Part shown: piece after piece, positions 1-9,238 of the stretch | Layout of the letters: the number at the start of each line of letters is the position of its first letter | How positions within the stretch are numbered: the stretch's first letter is position 1 | Source: an uncultured archaeon | GTDB lineage: Archaea; Asgardarchaeota; Thorarchaeia; Thorarchaeales; Thorarchaeaceae | Direction: 5' to 3' | DNA length: 24,000 nucleotides | NCBI GenBank assembly: GCA_964610875.1 | Contig: CAZSWP010000003.1 | Span: 101,148 to 125,147, forward strand | The notes under the pieces: generated by a model | The model's input: only the letters and a program-made list of their open reading frames with translations | Databases searched by the model: none | Told to the model about the DNA's origin: nothing | Position numbers and translations under genes: made by a program

Positions 1-6
1 ATCACT

Positions 7-1239
7 TTGAGAGATAATGACCCCCTGGATAAACTAAGACGATCTGCAAAAAGATACATTGAGAAAAAAAGTGAGAAGGAACTATTGGAACTAATTGTAA
101 ATTGTATTGGTGAGCGCCGTTCAAATGATTTACTTGATATTCTTGCGTCTGAAGAATCAAAAAGGGGCTGGCAAAAAGTTGTGTTTGATATAAAACACAT
201 ACTTGGAATGAGATATTCTATACCTCTAGGATTCACAAAAAATAAACTTGAAATTGAAGAGCTGAAGTTTAGAGAAGTTATCTTCGACACACTAGGATGC
301 CGAGGTCTTGAAGCAATTCCTTTGAGTATAGATTTGATACTTGAGAAACTAAATACATGTGAGAATATGACTGAGGCACAGAATACTCTAGCAGTGCTAT
401 GTGAGGAAGGGTTGAATGAATTAATCAGCAAGGGGGCACTACTTTTCTTTGACTCATCAGAATTTGCTGCTACTATTAAATCAGAATTACTGAGTCAAAT
501 TGAAAGTCGCCAGGAACAAAATATCTCACAACTTTATTTATCACGAGATGATCAATACATAGATATCACCGCTCTTTGGCACACAGAATTAGGCAGAAGA
601 GCACTTCTCAATATTGGAATAAAAGGAACTAAAATCACGGAAACTCAAATGGACCTTGTAATATCTGTATTACAAGTATCACGAGAAACGAAAAAATATC
701 TGATGGAATCCTTATCTGAGAACAAACAAGCGATTGAAACCAAATCTCTCAACCCATTGTATAACGAACTACTACAGTACATGATTGAATGGAACATTTC
801 TGGTCTTCGCTCTCTTGGAAGTAGATTTGCAATACCATTATTCAGACATATCACAATCTTTTCTTTTGAAAAATACTCAACTACTGAAGATAGTAAAACA
901 TACAATGAATATCTCGAAAGTCTGAAAAATCATGTACTTGTTAGAACATCTGAATCACTAGAAATACTTGAATATCTCTCTCAGAAATCAGACCCAAGAA
1001 TTGCAAGCCCTGCAATCACATATCTTGGAAACTTTTACACAGCAACAGTATCATCAATATTGGTAGATCTCGTCTGTTCAAGTAAGAAAAAAGTAATTCA
1101 ACATACCGCTGTTACAGCATTGAAAAACGTCCAAACAAGATGCCCAGAAACTAAGAATATAGTTGAGCTTGCTCTTAAAGCAGATTGCCAGAATAGAGGA
1201 AGACTATTGAAGTTTTATAGAGATTTGTGGCAAAAGTGA
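7..1239 (+). CDS. Hypothetical protein, helical, possible HEAT-like repeats toward the C-terminus; 5' end may extend beyond the window
   Basis: 410-aa open frame starting at TTG (7); the frame is also open upstream to the window edge. The C-terminal segment (ASPAITYLGNFYTATVSSILVDLVCSSKKKVIQHTAVTALKNV) has HEAT-like spacing. No family recognised. Confidence 0.6.
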   Translation: MRDNDPLDKLRRSAKRYIEKKSEKELLELIVNCIGERRSNDLLDILASEESKRGWQKVVFDIKHILGMRYSIPLGFTKNKLEIEELKFREVIFDTLGCRGLEAIPLSIDLILEKLNTCENMTEAQNTLAVLCEEGLNELISKGALLFFDSSEFAATIKSELLSQIESRQEQNISQLYLSRDDQYIDITALWHTELGRRALLNIGIKGTKITETQMDLVISVLQVSRETKKYLMESLSENKQAIETKSLNPLYNELLQYMIEWNISGLRSLGSRFAIPLFRHITIFSFEKYSTTEDSKTYNEYLESLKNHVLVRTSESLEILEYLSQKSDPRIASPAITYLGNFYTATVSSILVDLVCSSKKKVIQHTAVTALKNVQTRCPETKNIVELALKADCQNRGRLLKFYRDLWQK

Positions 1240-1321
1240 CCGTATTACAAGTATTAAAAACAATACAAATCTAACTGCCATCTCGACAGACATAAAACCC
1301 ACTTGTATCTAGCTCATTATC

Positions 1322-2716
1322 ATGATGGTAAGAAATGAGATTGTGGAGGAACTAGACTCATTTTTCAATCCGAAAAGAGTTGCACTAGTAGGAGCCTCTG
1401 CTGACTATAGAAAACTGGGTAATTCAATATTGATGAATTTACTTGCATCAGAAATTGAAATTTATCCTATTACTATCAGTCGTGACCGTGTTTTAGGCGT
1501 CAATGCATATCCAAATCTCCATGATTTACCACAGCCTGTTGATCTTGTTATCATTGCTGTGGCAGCAAAATATTGTACTGGACTCATGTCAGAAGTCCGA
1601 AAAGCTGGAGCAAGAAATGCTATAGTAATATCTGGTGGATTTAGTGAAACTGGGGAGGAGGGGAAGAAACTTGAGAAACAACTTGTAGATGCTGCTAAGG
1701 CTGAGGGTGTCAGGATAATTGGTCCTAATTGTGTAGGAGTTTCAAATAGTAGATTGTTCAATGGCACATTTACTATGATGCCCGAGAGAGGAAATATTGC
1801 TCTTCTCTCTCAAAGTGGTGCATTAGGTGGAATGACCATATACACTACAAGAACAAAACGAATTGGGATGAGCAAATTTGTTAGCCTTGGGAATGCAGCT
1901 GATGTCAGTTTCACTGAAGTCCTTGAGTATTTCAGATATGACCAGAGAACGAACGTGATTGCAGTCTATGTTGAAGGTGTAGATGAGGGTCGTGATTTTT
2001 ATGAAGCATTAAAGAGAGCCTCGAGCGAAAAACCTGTTGTAGTTCTCAAGGGGGGAAGAAGTGAGGCTGGGGCAAAAGCAACCATGAGTCATACAGGGTC
2101 TCTTGCAGGTTCTATCAAAGTCTTTGATGGAATGATACGCCAAGCAGGTTGCGTGACTGCTCCTACATTTGATTCATTCTTTGAAGTTTGTAAATTATTT
2201 GATTATCAACCTTTACCGAAAGGTCGTAATATTGGTATTATTAGTAATACAGGGGGAGCTGGTGTTCTCGCTACTGATAAAGCGACCGACATGAACCTTG
2301 AAGTACCAGTTTTAAATCCTGAAACACGAAATGAATTAAGACAAGCCCTCTCTCCTATGGCATCAATTGAAAACCCAATCGATGTTGTTGCTAGTGGTGG
2401 AAGAAGGGAATACCGTATTGCTACAGAGTTATTGTTGAAAGATTCCAATGTTGATATGTTGTTAGTCATATGTGGCGTTCCAACCTTTGCAGGGATGACC
2501 CAAACTGAACATGCTGCTGGTACACTTGAAGGGGTACGGATGGCTGAAACTAGTAAACCAGTAGTGGGTGTTTGGCTCGCTGGCAATGTTGGAAAACCTG
2601 GAAAAGATCTTCTGGAGATGAATCGCATTCCTTGTTATGATGATCCAGCATTAGGTATTCTCTGCATGACTAAGATGGCTGAATATGCTGAAATGCACAG
2701 TCATATGAACTTGTAG
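1322..2716 (+). CDS. Acetate/acyl-CoA synthetase (NDP-forming) alpha subunit (CoA-binding, succinyl-CoA synthetase-like domains)
   Basis: N-terminal FFNPKRVALVGAS CoA-binding motif, IISGGFSETGEEG, IGPNCVGVSN and the SHTGSLAGS phosphohistidine-type motif. 464 aa with no ATP-grasp (beta) domain. Confidence 0.88.
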   Translation: MMVRNEIVEELDSFFNPKRVALVGASADYRKLGNSILMNLLASEIEIYPITISRDRVLGVNAYPNLHDLPQPVDLVIIAVAAKYCTGLMSEVRKAGARNAIVISGGFSETGEEGKKLEKQLVDAAKAEGVRIIGPNCVGVSNSRLFNGTFTMMPERGNIALLSQSGALGGMTIYTTRTKRIGMSKFVSLGNAADVSFTEVLEYFRYDQRTNVIAVYVEGVDEGRDFYEALKRASSEKPVVVLKGGRSEAGAKATMSHTGSLAGSIKVFDGMIRQAGCVTAPTFDSFFEVCKLFDYQPLPKGRNIGIISNTGGAGVLATDKATDMNLEVPVLNPETRNELRQALSPMASIENPIDVVASGGRREYRIATELLLKDSNVDMLLVICGVPTFAGMTQTEHAAGTLEGVRMAETSKPVVGVWLAGNVGKPGKDLLEMNRIPCYDDPALGILCMTKMAEYAEMHSHMNL

Positions 2717-2741
2717 TAATTGTATTATTTGTAATACACCA

Positions 2742-3047
2742 TTATTCAAGATACTTGTTTGCAAGTTCCGGAAACTCGTCTGTAACTGCATCCCTAAGCT
2801 TGCGCTCGACCCACATACTTAGATTGATTGCACGCTCATTTCTTACAGACTGAAGACAAGACCTAAGTTCAGTTGTAACACTGAATGACATTATTGGACT
2901 TCGTCTCTCACTGTTAGGAACAGCTGAGGGAGTTTCAGTCCTTCTAACCCGGGTCTGGCTGGTAGATTCAGTTGTTGATGTTGTTTCGTCTTTGTCTTTT
3001 TCATCTCTACCTTGTTCATCTTTCCGGTACTTTCCTAAGAGACTCAT
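2742..3047 (-). CDS. Small protein with charged N-terminus and ribbon-helix-helix-like C-terminal segment
   Basis: 101 aa. C-terminal MSFSVTTELRSCLQSVRNERAINLSMWVERKLRDAV resembles the strand-helix-helix layout of RHH/CopG proteins. Its ATG overlaps the TAA of the upstream ATPase gene by 1 nt. Confidence 0.6.
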   Translation of the reverse strand: MSLLGKYRKDEQGRDEKDKDETTSTTESTSQTRVRRTETPSAVPNSERRSPIMSFSVTTELRSCLQSVRNERAINLSMWVERKLRDAVTDEFPELANKYLE

Positions 3048-4039
3048 TATCTGACCTCCCTAAGTAACGTCGCATATGCATCGGAAACTAGTGATGCTAT
3101 CTCTTCATTAACCTCAGGATTTCCATTGCTCCTGAAGTTTTCAGCAGCTACTTGTTGACAACCACGAGCTAACATTCTGATATCGCGAGGATTGCCTTTT
3201 GCAGCTGAATTGATTATATCAATCGCCTTCTCATGGAATGGATAAAGATCAAAATCATTTAGATCGAATGTGTCAATCTCACCACGTGCATATGCCAACC
3301 GTCGTCCTATGAACTCCTTTGCCTTCATAGCATCAAATGCAGGCACATCAAGGGGTTCAGTTCTATCAGCAATCTGTGGAAGATATGATAGCATAGCATT
3401 CCAATACATTGCAGTACCACTCATCACAAGAGTCACAATTGGTTCATCTAATGACTGTCCATGGCCTGCAATCATCTCTTCTGTAGGTAAATCTGCCAAG
3501 TAGCGTAATTTATGAAATGCTGCTTCCTGATTATCCGCAACATCTTCTATGAATAGTGCAGTACGACTTTGTTCTTCCATATATCTCCGAAGACATTCTT
3601 GAGCCACTGCTTCGATAATCTGACTAGACTCCCAAGACCTCCGATATTTTACTCGTAATGAATCGGCAATAGCTGCCGACATTTGCTTCTCGTATAACCC
3701 AGTCATTCCAACATAACCAGTGACGAATTTGTTACCACGTCGATCTGCCAGTGTTGGCAGGTCTCTCAGGGCAAGTAACATCAATGTACTTTTTCCAGAA
3801 CCAACAGGTCCACGAAGGAATACATGTCGCTCGTTTGTTATTATCAAATCTACAATAGAGTCAAGAAAGTCTGCATGCTCTATATAGAGCCGACTATCTG
3901 GCATCTTGAAACCACGAAATGGTGAGAATTTGGCCCTGATTTTATCCTCCCAAGCTTTTAGGGTTTCTTTTCGTGTATTGAAGTGACGTATTAGAGCACT
4001 CTCATGAATTGCAATTGTCATGGCTCGGCCTCGTATCAC
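3047..4039 (-). CDS. AAA+ ATPase, ORC/Cdc6- or ExeA-like P-loop ATPase
   Basis: Walker A GPVGSGKST, Walker B-like TALFIEDVAD, sensor-1-like VTLVMSGT, and AKGNPRDIRMLARG near the C-terminus. The coding strand is minus: reverse complement of 4037-4039 (CAC) gives a GTG start reading MIRGRAMTIAIHE. Confidence 0.8.
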   Translation of the reverse strand: MIRGRAMTIAIHESALIRHFNTRKETLKAWEDKIRAKFSPFRGFKMPDSRLYIEHADFLDSIVDLIITNERHVFLRGPVGSGKSTLMLLALRDLPTLADRRGNKFVTGYVGMTGLYEKQMSAAIADSLRVKYRRSWESSQIIEAVAQECLRRYMEEQSRTALFIEDVADNQEAAFHKLRYLADLPTEEMIAGHGQSLDEPIVTLVMSGTAMYWNAMLSYLPQIADRTEPLDVPAFDAMKAKEFIGRRLAYARGEIDTFDLNDFDLYPFHEKAIDIINSAAKGNPRDIRMLARGCQQVAAENFRSNGNPEVNEEIASLVSDAYATLLREVR

Positions 4040-4146
4040 ATGTAGTTATTGTAATACAATTTCAATACACTGCCCATTCATAAAGGTTCCGTGCGTTCAA
4101 AATACTTTATTCAAACAGCGCCAATAAAAAGCAATGTTTCAATAAC

Positions 4147-4533
4147 ATGGTATTAACTGTAATACATTCCAATCACGAAAATCCGAACATGGCACAACCT
4201 TTTTCAACCAATTGCTTTCGTGATTCAGTAGTTGACGCAAGGAGTCACAAGAAAATGGACGTTGACAGGACTCAGCGAATTCTGACATCATTAATGATCA
4301 TCAGTTTTCTAGTATTCGGCCTTTTAGCTGGAATCATTTTGATCACTGATGCACCATTGGACGCATCCACTACCTCACTGCCTTTTGCTTTTCTATTCAT
4401 ATCAGGAATGACACTGATAATTACCGGACAAATAAATGAGCGTCCAAAACGGGTAGATAGATACCTACGACAATGGTTGGTCATCTGTGTTTTTGTTGCC
4501 GTTCTTAGTGCTCTTGCATTTACACTTGCATAG
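4147..4533 (+). CDS. Small membrane protein, about 3 predicted TM segments; start may be the ATG at 4192
   Basis: Hydrophobic segments ILTSLMIISFLVFGLLAGIILI, LPFAFLFISGMTLIITG and WLVICVFVAVLSALAFTLA. Confidence 0.5.
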   Translation: MVLTVIHSNHENPNMAQPFSTNCFRDSVVDARSHKKMDVDRTQRILTSLMIISFLVFGLLAGIILITDAPLDASTTSLPFAFLFISGMTLIITGQINERPKRVDRYLRQWLVICVFVAVLSALAFTLA

Positions 4534-4625
4534 AAACACCTATCGCAATAGTTTTAGGAATGCGAAAATGCAGTGGATTTATTGAGTAATGACTCAATAT
4601 ACTGAGCCATGAAAAAGTGATTATT

Positions 4626-5255
4626 ATGAGCAAGGTTCTGCCAGGAACAAAGACTACTCGAAGCGAACTACTTCGAATAAAGACAAGAATGCGTCTTGCA
4701 GAACGTGGTCATGATTTATTAAAAGAAAAACGTGACTCCCTTGTTTTAGAGTTTTTTAATGCTATTGCTGAAATAAAAGAAGCACGTGACAAGATGGAAA
4801 AAGCTCTCGATGAAGCTTTTTCAAGTCTTACACAAGCAAAGATGATTATGGGTCCTGCTCGAGTAATTGAATTCGCTCATGCGAGTAAAGTACGAACTGA
4901 CCTATCGATTACCACTCGTTCAATGATGGGTGTCCGTGTTCCGGTAATCTCTGTTGAACAACAAGTACCTGAACTTCCTTATTCTCTCCCTGACTCAAGT
5001 GCAAGGCTTGATACAATGAGTCTGAAATTTAGAGAGGCTCTAAAGGCAATAATACACCTTGCCGAAATTGAATCTGCAATCAAGCGCCTCGCTCTTGAAA
5101 TAGAAAGGACAAAACGCAGAGTTTCTGCTCTCGAAACTGTGGTAATACCACGACTAGATGCAACCCAGAGATTTGTGAAACTGGCACTCGAAGAACGCGA
5201 GCGAGAAGACTTCATTCGTCTGAAGATCATCCGTGATCGGATGGAAAACGAATAA
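4626..5255 (+). CDS. atpD: A-type (archaeal V-type) ATP synthase subunit D
   Basis: MSKVLPGTKTTRSELLRIKTRMRLAERGHDLLKEKRDSLVLEFF and RRVSALETVVIPRLDATQRFVKLALEEREREDFIRLKIIRD are characteristic. The ORF track opens at GTG 4617, but ATG 4626 is the more likely start. Confidence 0.93.
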   Translation: MSKVLPGTKTTRSELLRIKTRMRLAERGHDLLKEKRDSLVLEFFNAIAEIKEARDKMEKALDEAFSSLTQAKMIMGPARVIEFAHASKVRTDLSITTRSMMGVRVPVISVEQQVPELPYSLPDSSARLDTMSLKFREALKAIIHLAEIESAIKRLALEIERTKRRVSALETVVIPRLDATQRFVKLALEEREREDFIRLKIIRDRMENE

Positions 5256-5259
5256 TACA

Positions 5260-5637
5260 CTAGGTTTTTCTAAGTTTTAAAATAGCTGCAGCCAAATCTC
5301 CACCCGTTTCCTTCAAAGTTTCAATTGCAGTTTCAATATCCACACCTGTCTGGCCTGCCACTAATGCTGCATCTTCAACTGGAATCTCAATCTCAGATTC
5401 TGCTACTTCTGTGACTTCACCACCAGATGTGAGTCCACGTTCTATCTTATTTCCTGATACTTGATATGATTCATTCCCTGCTTGCTTAATGACCATCACT
5501 TGCGCATTAGCAATCTGCCATTCTTTATCTTCAAAACGAATAATGACCTCTTTAACTCCTTTTAGCTCATTTTGTTCAATACCCATTTTTTTCATCATTC
5601 GTGCCATCTGTTTAGGTGATAGTCCTCGAAATCCCAT
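5260..5637 (-). CDS. nac: Nascent polypeptide-associated complex protein (archaeal NAC-alpha with UBA domain)
   Basis: GLSPKQMARMMKKMGIEQNELKGVKEVIIRF plus the C-terminal UBA-like DAALVAGQTGVDIETAIETLKETGGDLAAAILKLRK. Confidence 0.93.
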   Translation of the reverse strand: MGFRGLSPKQMARMMKKMGIEQNELKGVKEVIIRFEDKEWQIANAQVMVIKQAGNESYQVSGNKIERGLTSGGEVTEVAESEIEIPVEDAALVAGQTGVDIETAIETLKETGGDLAAAILKLRKT

Positions 5638-5730
5638 TATTCATTCCTCAGAAATCTGTAATTTTGATATCAATTACTTTCCTCTTTAGTGAAATAATTA
5701 TGGCCACTGATAAAACGGTTGTGCTCTAGT

Positions 5731-6558
5731 TCAAATAGATTCCAGCTCTATGTCAAAAACAAAATGGATAATATTGGGCGAATAGTATTTTATTTTACGT
5801 ATTTCAATACTAGCAGTGAAATTATATTTCCCAGAAATAGTATTAATTGTATTACAAACATTATGGATTGAATCTGGATGTGATGCAAGATGCATATGTA
5901 TGGCACCTCCTCTCTTGGAAAGTGTTTCAAGGGCGTAGGGCAGAAACTCTGTAGTGCTATGCAAGTAACCCATCACAATCCTATCTGCTATACCAATAGG
6001 ATGTACCTTCCTACAGTCTCCCAAAATTGCTTCCATTCTATCAGTTACATTATTGAGTTGAATGTTTTCCTGTAAATAAGAGTGTGCTAAAGGACTGATT
6101 TCAATAGCTATCACTTTTGCTCCACTCCTACTAGCTATATGCAACCCGAATTGTCCTACACATGCAAACATATCCACAACGGTTTCTGAGGGATCGACCA
6201 AGTCCGGCAAACGAATTCGCTCTGCACGATTACCTCCAGAAAAAGTAATCTTCAATGGGTCAAGTTTGAACTTTACTCCACTTTCAATGTGTGTGGTGAC
6301 AGTGTTAGAATCTCCTGCAAACAACTTGTATTGTGGTTCTCTGATCTCTCCTTTTGTGCCTCCAACCTTAATAGCAATAGACTTTGCCTTTTTCTCATAC
6401 TGCAGCGTAAGCTCTGCAATCATTTTGGATAGAACAGCAACCTCATTTTTTATCTGTAGTAGGACGACATGTCCTACAACGTGGTAACCTTGTGGTAAGC
6501 TAGACTCTGATGTAACATATTCTCTGAGTTCTGTTTTGAGGAAATTCCTATATTTCAT
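5731..6558 (-). CDS. Trm5/Tyw2 (Taw2)-family tRNA-modifying SAM-dependent methyltransferase/aminocarboxypropyltransferase
   Basis: FKLDPLKITFSGGNRAERIRL, VVDMFACVGQFGLHIA SAM motif, AIEISPLAHSYLQENIQLNNV, and VMGYLHSTTEFLPYAL. The last motif is closer to Tyw2/Taw2 than to Trm5. Confidence 0.75.
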   Translation of the reverse strand: MKYRNFLKTELREYVTSESSLPQGYHVVGHVVLLQIKNEVAVLSKMIAELTLQYEKKAKSIAIKVGGTKGEIREPQYKLFAGDSNTVTTHIESGVKFKLDPLKITFSGGNRAERIRLPDLVDPSETVVDMFACVGQFGLHIASRSGAKVIAIEISPLAHSYLQENIQLNNVTDRMEAILGDCRKVHPIGIADRIVMGYLHSTTEFLPYALETLSKRGGAIHMHLASHPDSIHNVCNTINTISGKYNFTASIEIRKIKYYSPNIIHFVFDIELESI

Positions 6559-6580
6559 TGTAATTCATGTATTACAATTT

Positions 6581-7855
6581 TTAGCAGTATATACCTGCAG
6601 GAGCATCTTGTCCGCCTTTTCCACGAACTTGCATCTTTATAATGGCTTTCTGGAAATCATCATGTGTTACGCAGGTTCGTCCATCACGGATTGCAAACAT
6701 ACCTGCTTCCGTACACATTGCTTTGATATCCGCTCCAGTCTTGTTCTGAGTGAGAAGAACAATTTGATCAATATCTAATTCCTTGTCAATATTCATACCA
6801 CGTATGTGAATCTTGATTATCTCTTTCCTGCTTACTTGATCTGGCATTGGAAAGTCAATTATTCTATCAAAACGACCCGGTCTCAAAAGGGCTGGATCAA
6901 GGATATCAGGTCGGTTCGTTGCTCCAATAATGGCAACTTGACCTCTTGTTTCGAACCCATCAAGCTCGCTAAGAAGTTGCATTAATGTACGTTGTACTTC
7001 TCTATCTCCAGATGTAGCAATATCAAGTCTGTGTGAACCAACAGCATCAAGTTCGTCAATAAACACAATGGCAGGAGATTTCTCTTTTGCAAGCATGAAT
7101 ATCTCTCTTACCAACCTGGCACCTTCACCGATGAATTTCTGGACAAGCTCGGATCCAATGACTCTTATGAAAGTGGCATTGGTTTCATGTGCGACGGCTC
7201 TAGCGCTGAGTGTTTTACCTGTTCCAGGAAGTCCAGTAAGCAATACTCCTTTTGGAGGTTCTATGCCCACTTCCTTAAACAGGTCGGGCTTTATTAATGG
7301 CAATTCAACAGTTTCCCTAATCTCTCGTAATTGATCTTCCAAGCCTCCAATATCGCTATAGGATACTTCTGGAGCTTCTTCAATCTCCATAGCTCTAATC
7401 ATTGGGTCACGAGATGGTGGGAGTTCTTGAGTCACAGCAAAAGACCTCTGATTGAGTGCAACACGCATACCTGGCTGAATCCGATTTCTGGGAATAGATG
7501 ATGCCACATGGACTACAAAATTTGGTCCAGTTGAACTCTTGACAATGGCGCGTCCATCCTCAAGCATCTCTACAATAGTTGCTGTTATCAAAGGAGAAGA
7601 ACGTAGTTTCTCGAGTTCCGTTCGTAAAGTCTGTGTTTCCTTTTCCAATCTACTACGCTCTGCATGAAGAATTTGTTTTTCGGTTTCCAATGCTCGAAGT
7701 CGACGTTCAAGATGTCTTGTATAACTCTGTGAATAAGTTGAGTCATCAACGTTACCATCTTTCTTTGCATCAGTAGTTCCAGGCAAAAAGGTGCACCTCA
7801 GCTCCTCATCCTCTGCTAAGGTTTTAAGCATATCCGTATTGGTGTTTTTCATCAT
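6581..7855 (-). CDS. pan: Proteasome-activating nucleotidase (PAN, AAA+)
   Basis: N-terminal coiled coil, OB-like domain, [72 protein letters not shown]-terminal tripeptide IYC fits HbYX. Confidence 0.95.
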   Translation of the reverse strand: MMKNTNTDMLKTLAEDEELRCTFLPGTTDAKKDGNVDDSTYSQSYTRHLERRLRALETEKQILHAERSRLEKETQTLRTELEKLRSSPLITATIVEMLEDGRAIVKSSTGPNFVVHVASSIPRNRIQPGMRVALNQRSFAVTQELPPSRDPMIRAMEIEEAPEVSYSDIGGLEDQLREIRETVELPLIKPDLFKEVGIEPPKGVLLTGLPGTGKTLSARAVAHETNATFIRVIGSELVQKFIGEGARLVREIFMLAKEKSPAIVFIDELDAVGSHRLDIATSGDREVQRTLMQLLSELDGFETRGQVAIIGATNRPDILDPALLRPGRFDRIIDFPMPDQVSRKEIIKIHIRGMNIDKELDIDQIVLLTQNKTGADIKAMCTEAGMFAIRDGRTCVTHDDFQKAIIKMQVRGKGGQDAPAGIYC

Positions 7856-7911
7856 TCAGGTCAAGCTTTATCTATGCTCTATCTTGAGAGTAATTAGAGA
7901 GGGAAGAACCC

Positions 7912-8493
7912 GTGCGCAACTGTGAACTATGTGGTCGAAGCATGAAAGGCCGCGGTAGAAACGTTGAGATAGAAGGTGCCATGATGAATGTCTGCCCTCA
8001 ATGTGCTACCAAGTTTGGAAGACAGTCTTCTGACCATGACTCCAAAACCACCTCATCAACAAGACGAACAAAACCATCATGGGTAGGACGACCCGATGTG
8101 CAGACAACTAGGCCCTCCACAACATCCTCTCCAGTCGTACACCGGAAAAAACCCCAAAAATCACGTCCAAGAGGTGGTCCTTTGATAGACGACCTTGAAC
8201 TAGTTGATAATTATGCTTCAATCATTCGCAATGCAAGACAGAAAAAGGGGATGAATCAGGAGGAGCTAGCTCAGAAAATAGGTGAACGTATTACTACTCT
8301 TCAGTCCATTGAGGCAGGGCGATTGAAGCCTACACGGAAGGCAATTCGTGGACTGGAACGTGAGTTAGACGTCTCTCTTCTTGAAGCGGTTGGTACACCT
8401 CCACTGAAAGTGAGTAAGGGCAGAAGCTCTGGTGGACCTACTTTAGGTGATGTTGTAAAGGTAAAAAGGAAGAAATCACAAAAACAAGACTAA
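7912..8493 (+). CDS. Multiprotein bridging factor 1 (aMBF1)-type transcription factor: zinc ribbon plus Cro/C1 HTH
   Basis: GTG start; CELCGR...CPQC zinc ribbon and HTH IIRNARQKKGMNQEELAQKIGERITTLQSIEAGRLKPTRKAIRGLERELDVSL. Confidence 0.9.
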   Translation: MRNCELCGRSMKGRGRNVEIEGAMMNVCPQCATKFGRQSSDHDSKTTSSTRRTKPSWVGRPDVQTTRPSTTSSPVVHRKKPQKSRPRGGPLIDDLELVDNYASIIRNARQKKGMNQEELAQKIGERITTLQSIEAGRLKPTRKAIRGLERELDVSLLEAVGTPPLKVSKGRSSGGPTLGDVVKVKRKKSQKQD

Positions 8494-8533
8494 GCTCTTA
8501 TTCCGCGCAGCTTAACTAACCACAGAACAGCTC

Positions 8534-8540
8534 TTAAATA
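8534..8540 (+). promoter_or_regulatory. Candidate TATA box upstream of tfe
   Basis: TTAAATA in the 163-bp AT-rich gap before tfe. By eye only; transcription start unknown. Confidence 0.35.
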
Positions 8541-8656
8541 GTATATGAACATATATTATTATAGGTGCAAATTTCTCCCAAGTTTGGAACTTCTAATGGT
8601 CCAACAGATACAGTAGACTATCCGACTTATGATATTACCAAGGTGATTACATCAAA

Positions 8657-9187
8657 ATGGCACATCCGACTTTCAACAGTGACTTATTCAGATTAGTAGT
8701 AGAAGAAATAGCAGGAAAAGAAGGAGTAGATGTTGCTACAGTCTTGGTAAATGCAGATGAAACAACCGATGAAGAGATTGCTACTAAAACTGATTTGAAA
8801 TTGAATGTAGTTCGTCGTATTCTTTACAAATTACATGATAATCATCTTGCCTCATATCGTCGAATACGTGATACAAACACTGGATGGTTTCTTTATTATT
8901 GGAAGATTGACCCAAAGAAAGCACAAACCTTAGTGAACAGGAAAAAAAGAATGGTTCTCAACCTTCTTCAACAAAGACTGGAACATGAGAGTAACAATGA
9001 TTTGTATGCTTGTGTAAATCGGGATTCCTCACCTGTACCCTTCGAAGAAGCTATGAACCTTTCATTCAGATGTCCTACATGTAATCAACCTCTTGAGTAT
9101 GTTGATAACAAACAATCCGTTGATTTCCTTAAGAAGCGCGTTGAGGAATTAAAGGCTGACCTTGAGGCTACATCATCAACTACCTAG
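8657..9187 (+). CDS. tfe: Transcription initiation factor TFE (TFEalpha)
   Basis: Winged helix TDEEIATKTDLKLNVVRRILYKLHDNHLASYRRIRDTNTGWFLYYWKIDP followed by a (degenerate) zinc ribbon with CPTC. Confidence 0.92.
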   Translation: MAHPTFNSDLFRLVVEEIAGKEGVDVATVLVNADETTDEEIATKTDLKLNVVRRILYKLHDNHLASYRRIRDTNTGWFLYYWKIDPKKAQTLVNRKKRMVLNLLQQRLEHESNNDLYACVNRDSSPVPFEEAMNLSFRCPTCNQPLEYVDNKQSVDFLKKRVEELKADLEATSSTT

Positions 9188-9238
9188 GAATCATATGAAG
9201 GAACTCTAAGCATTATACTGAGAGGAGATTATAATTAA

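Noticed and set aside
3270-3503. 77-aa plus-strand ORF
   Set aside because: Antisense to the AAA+ ATPase, which has clear P-loop motifs in its frame.
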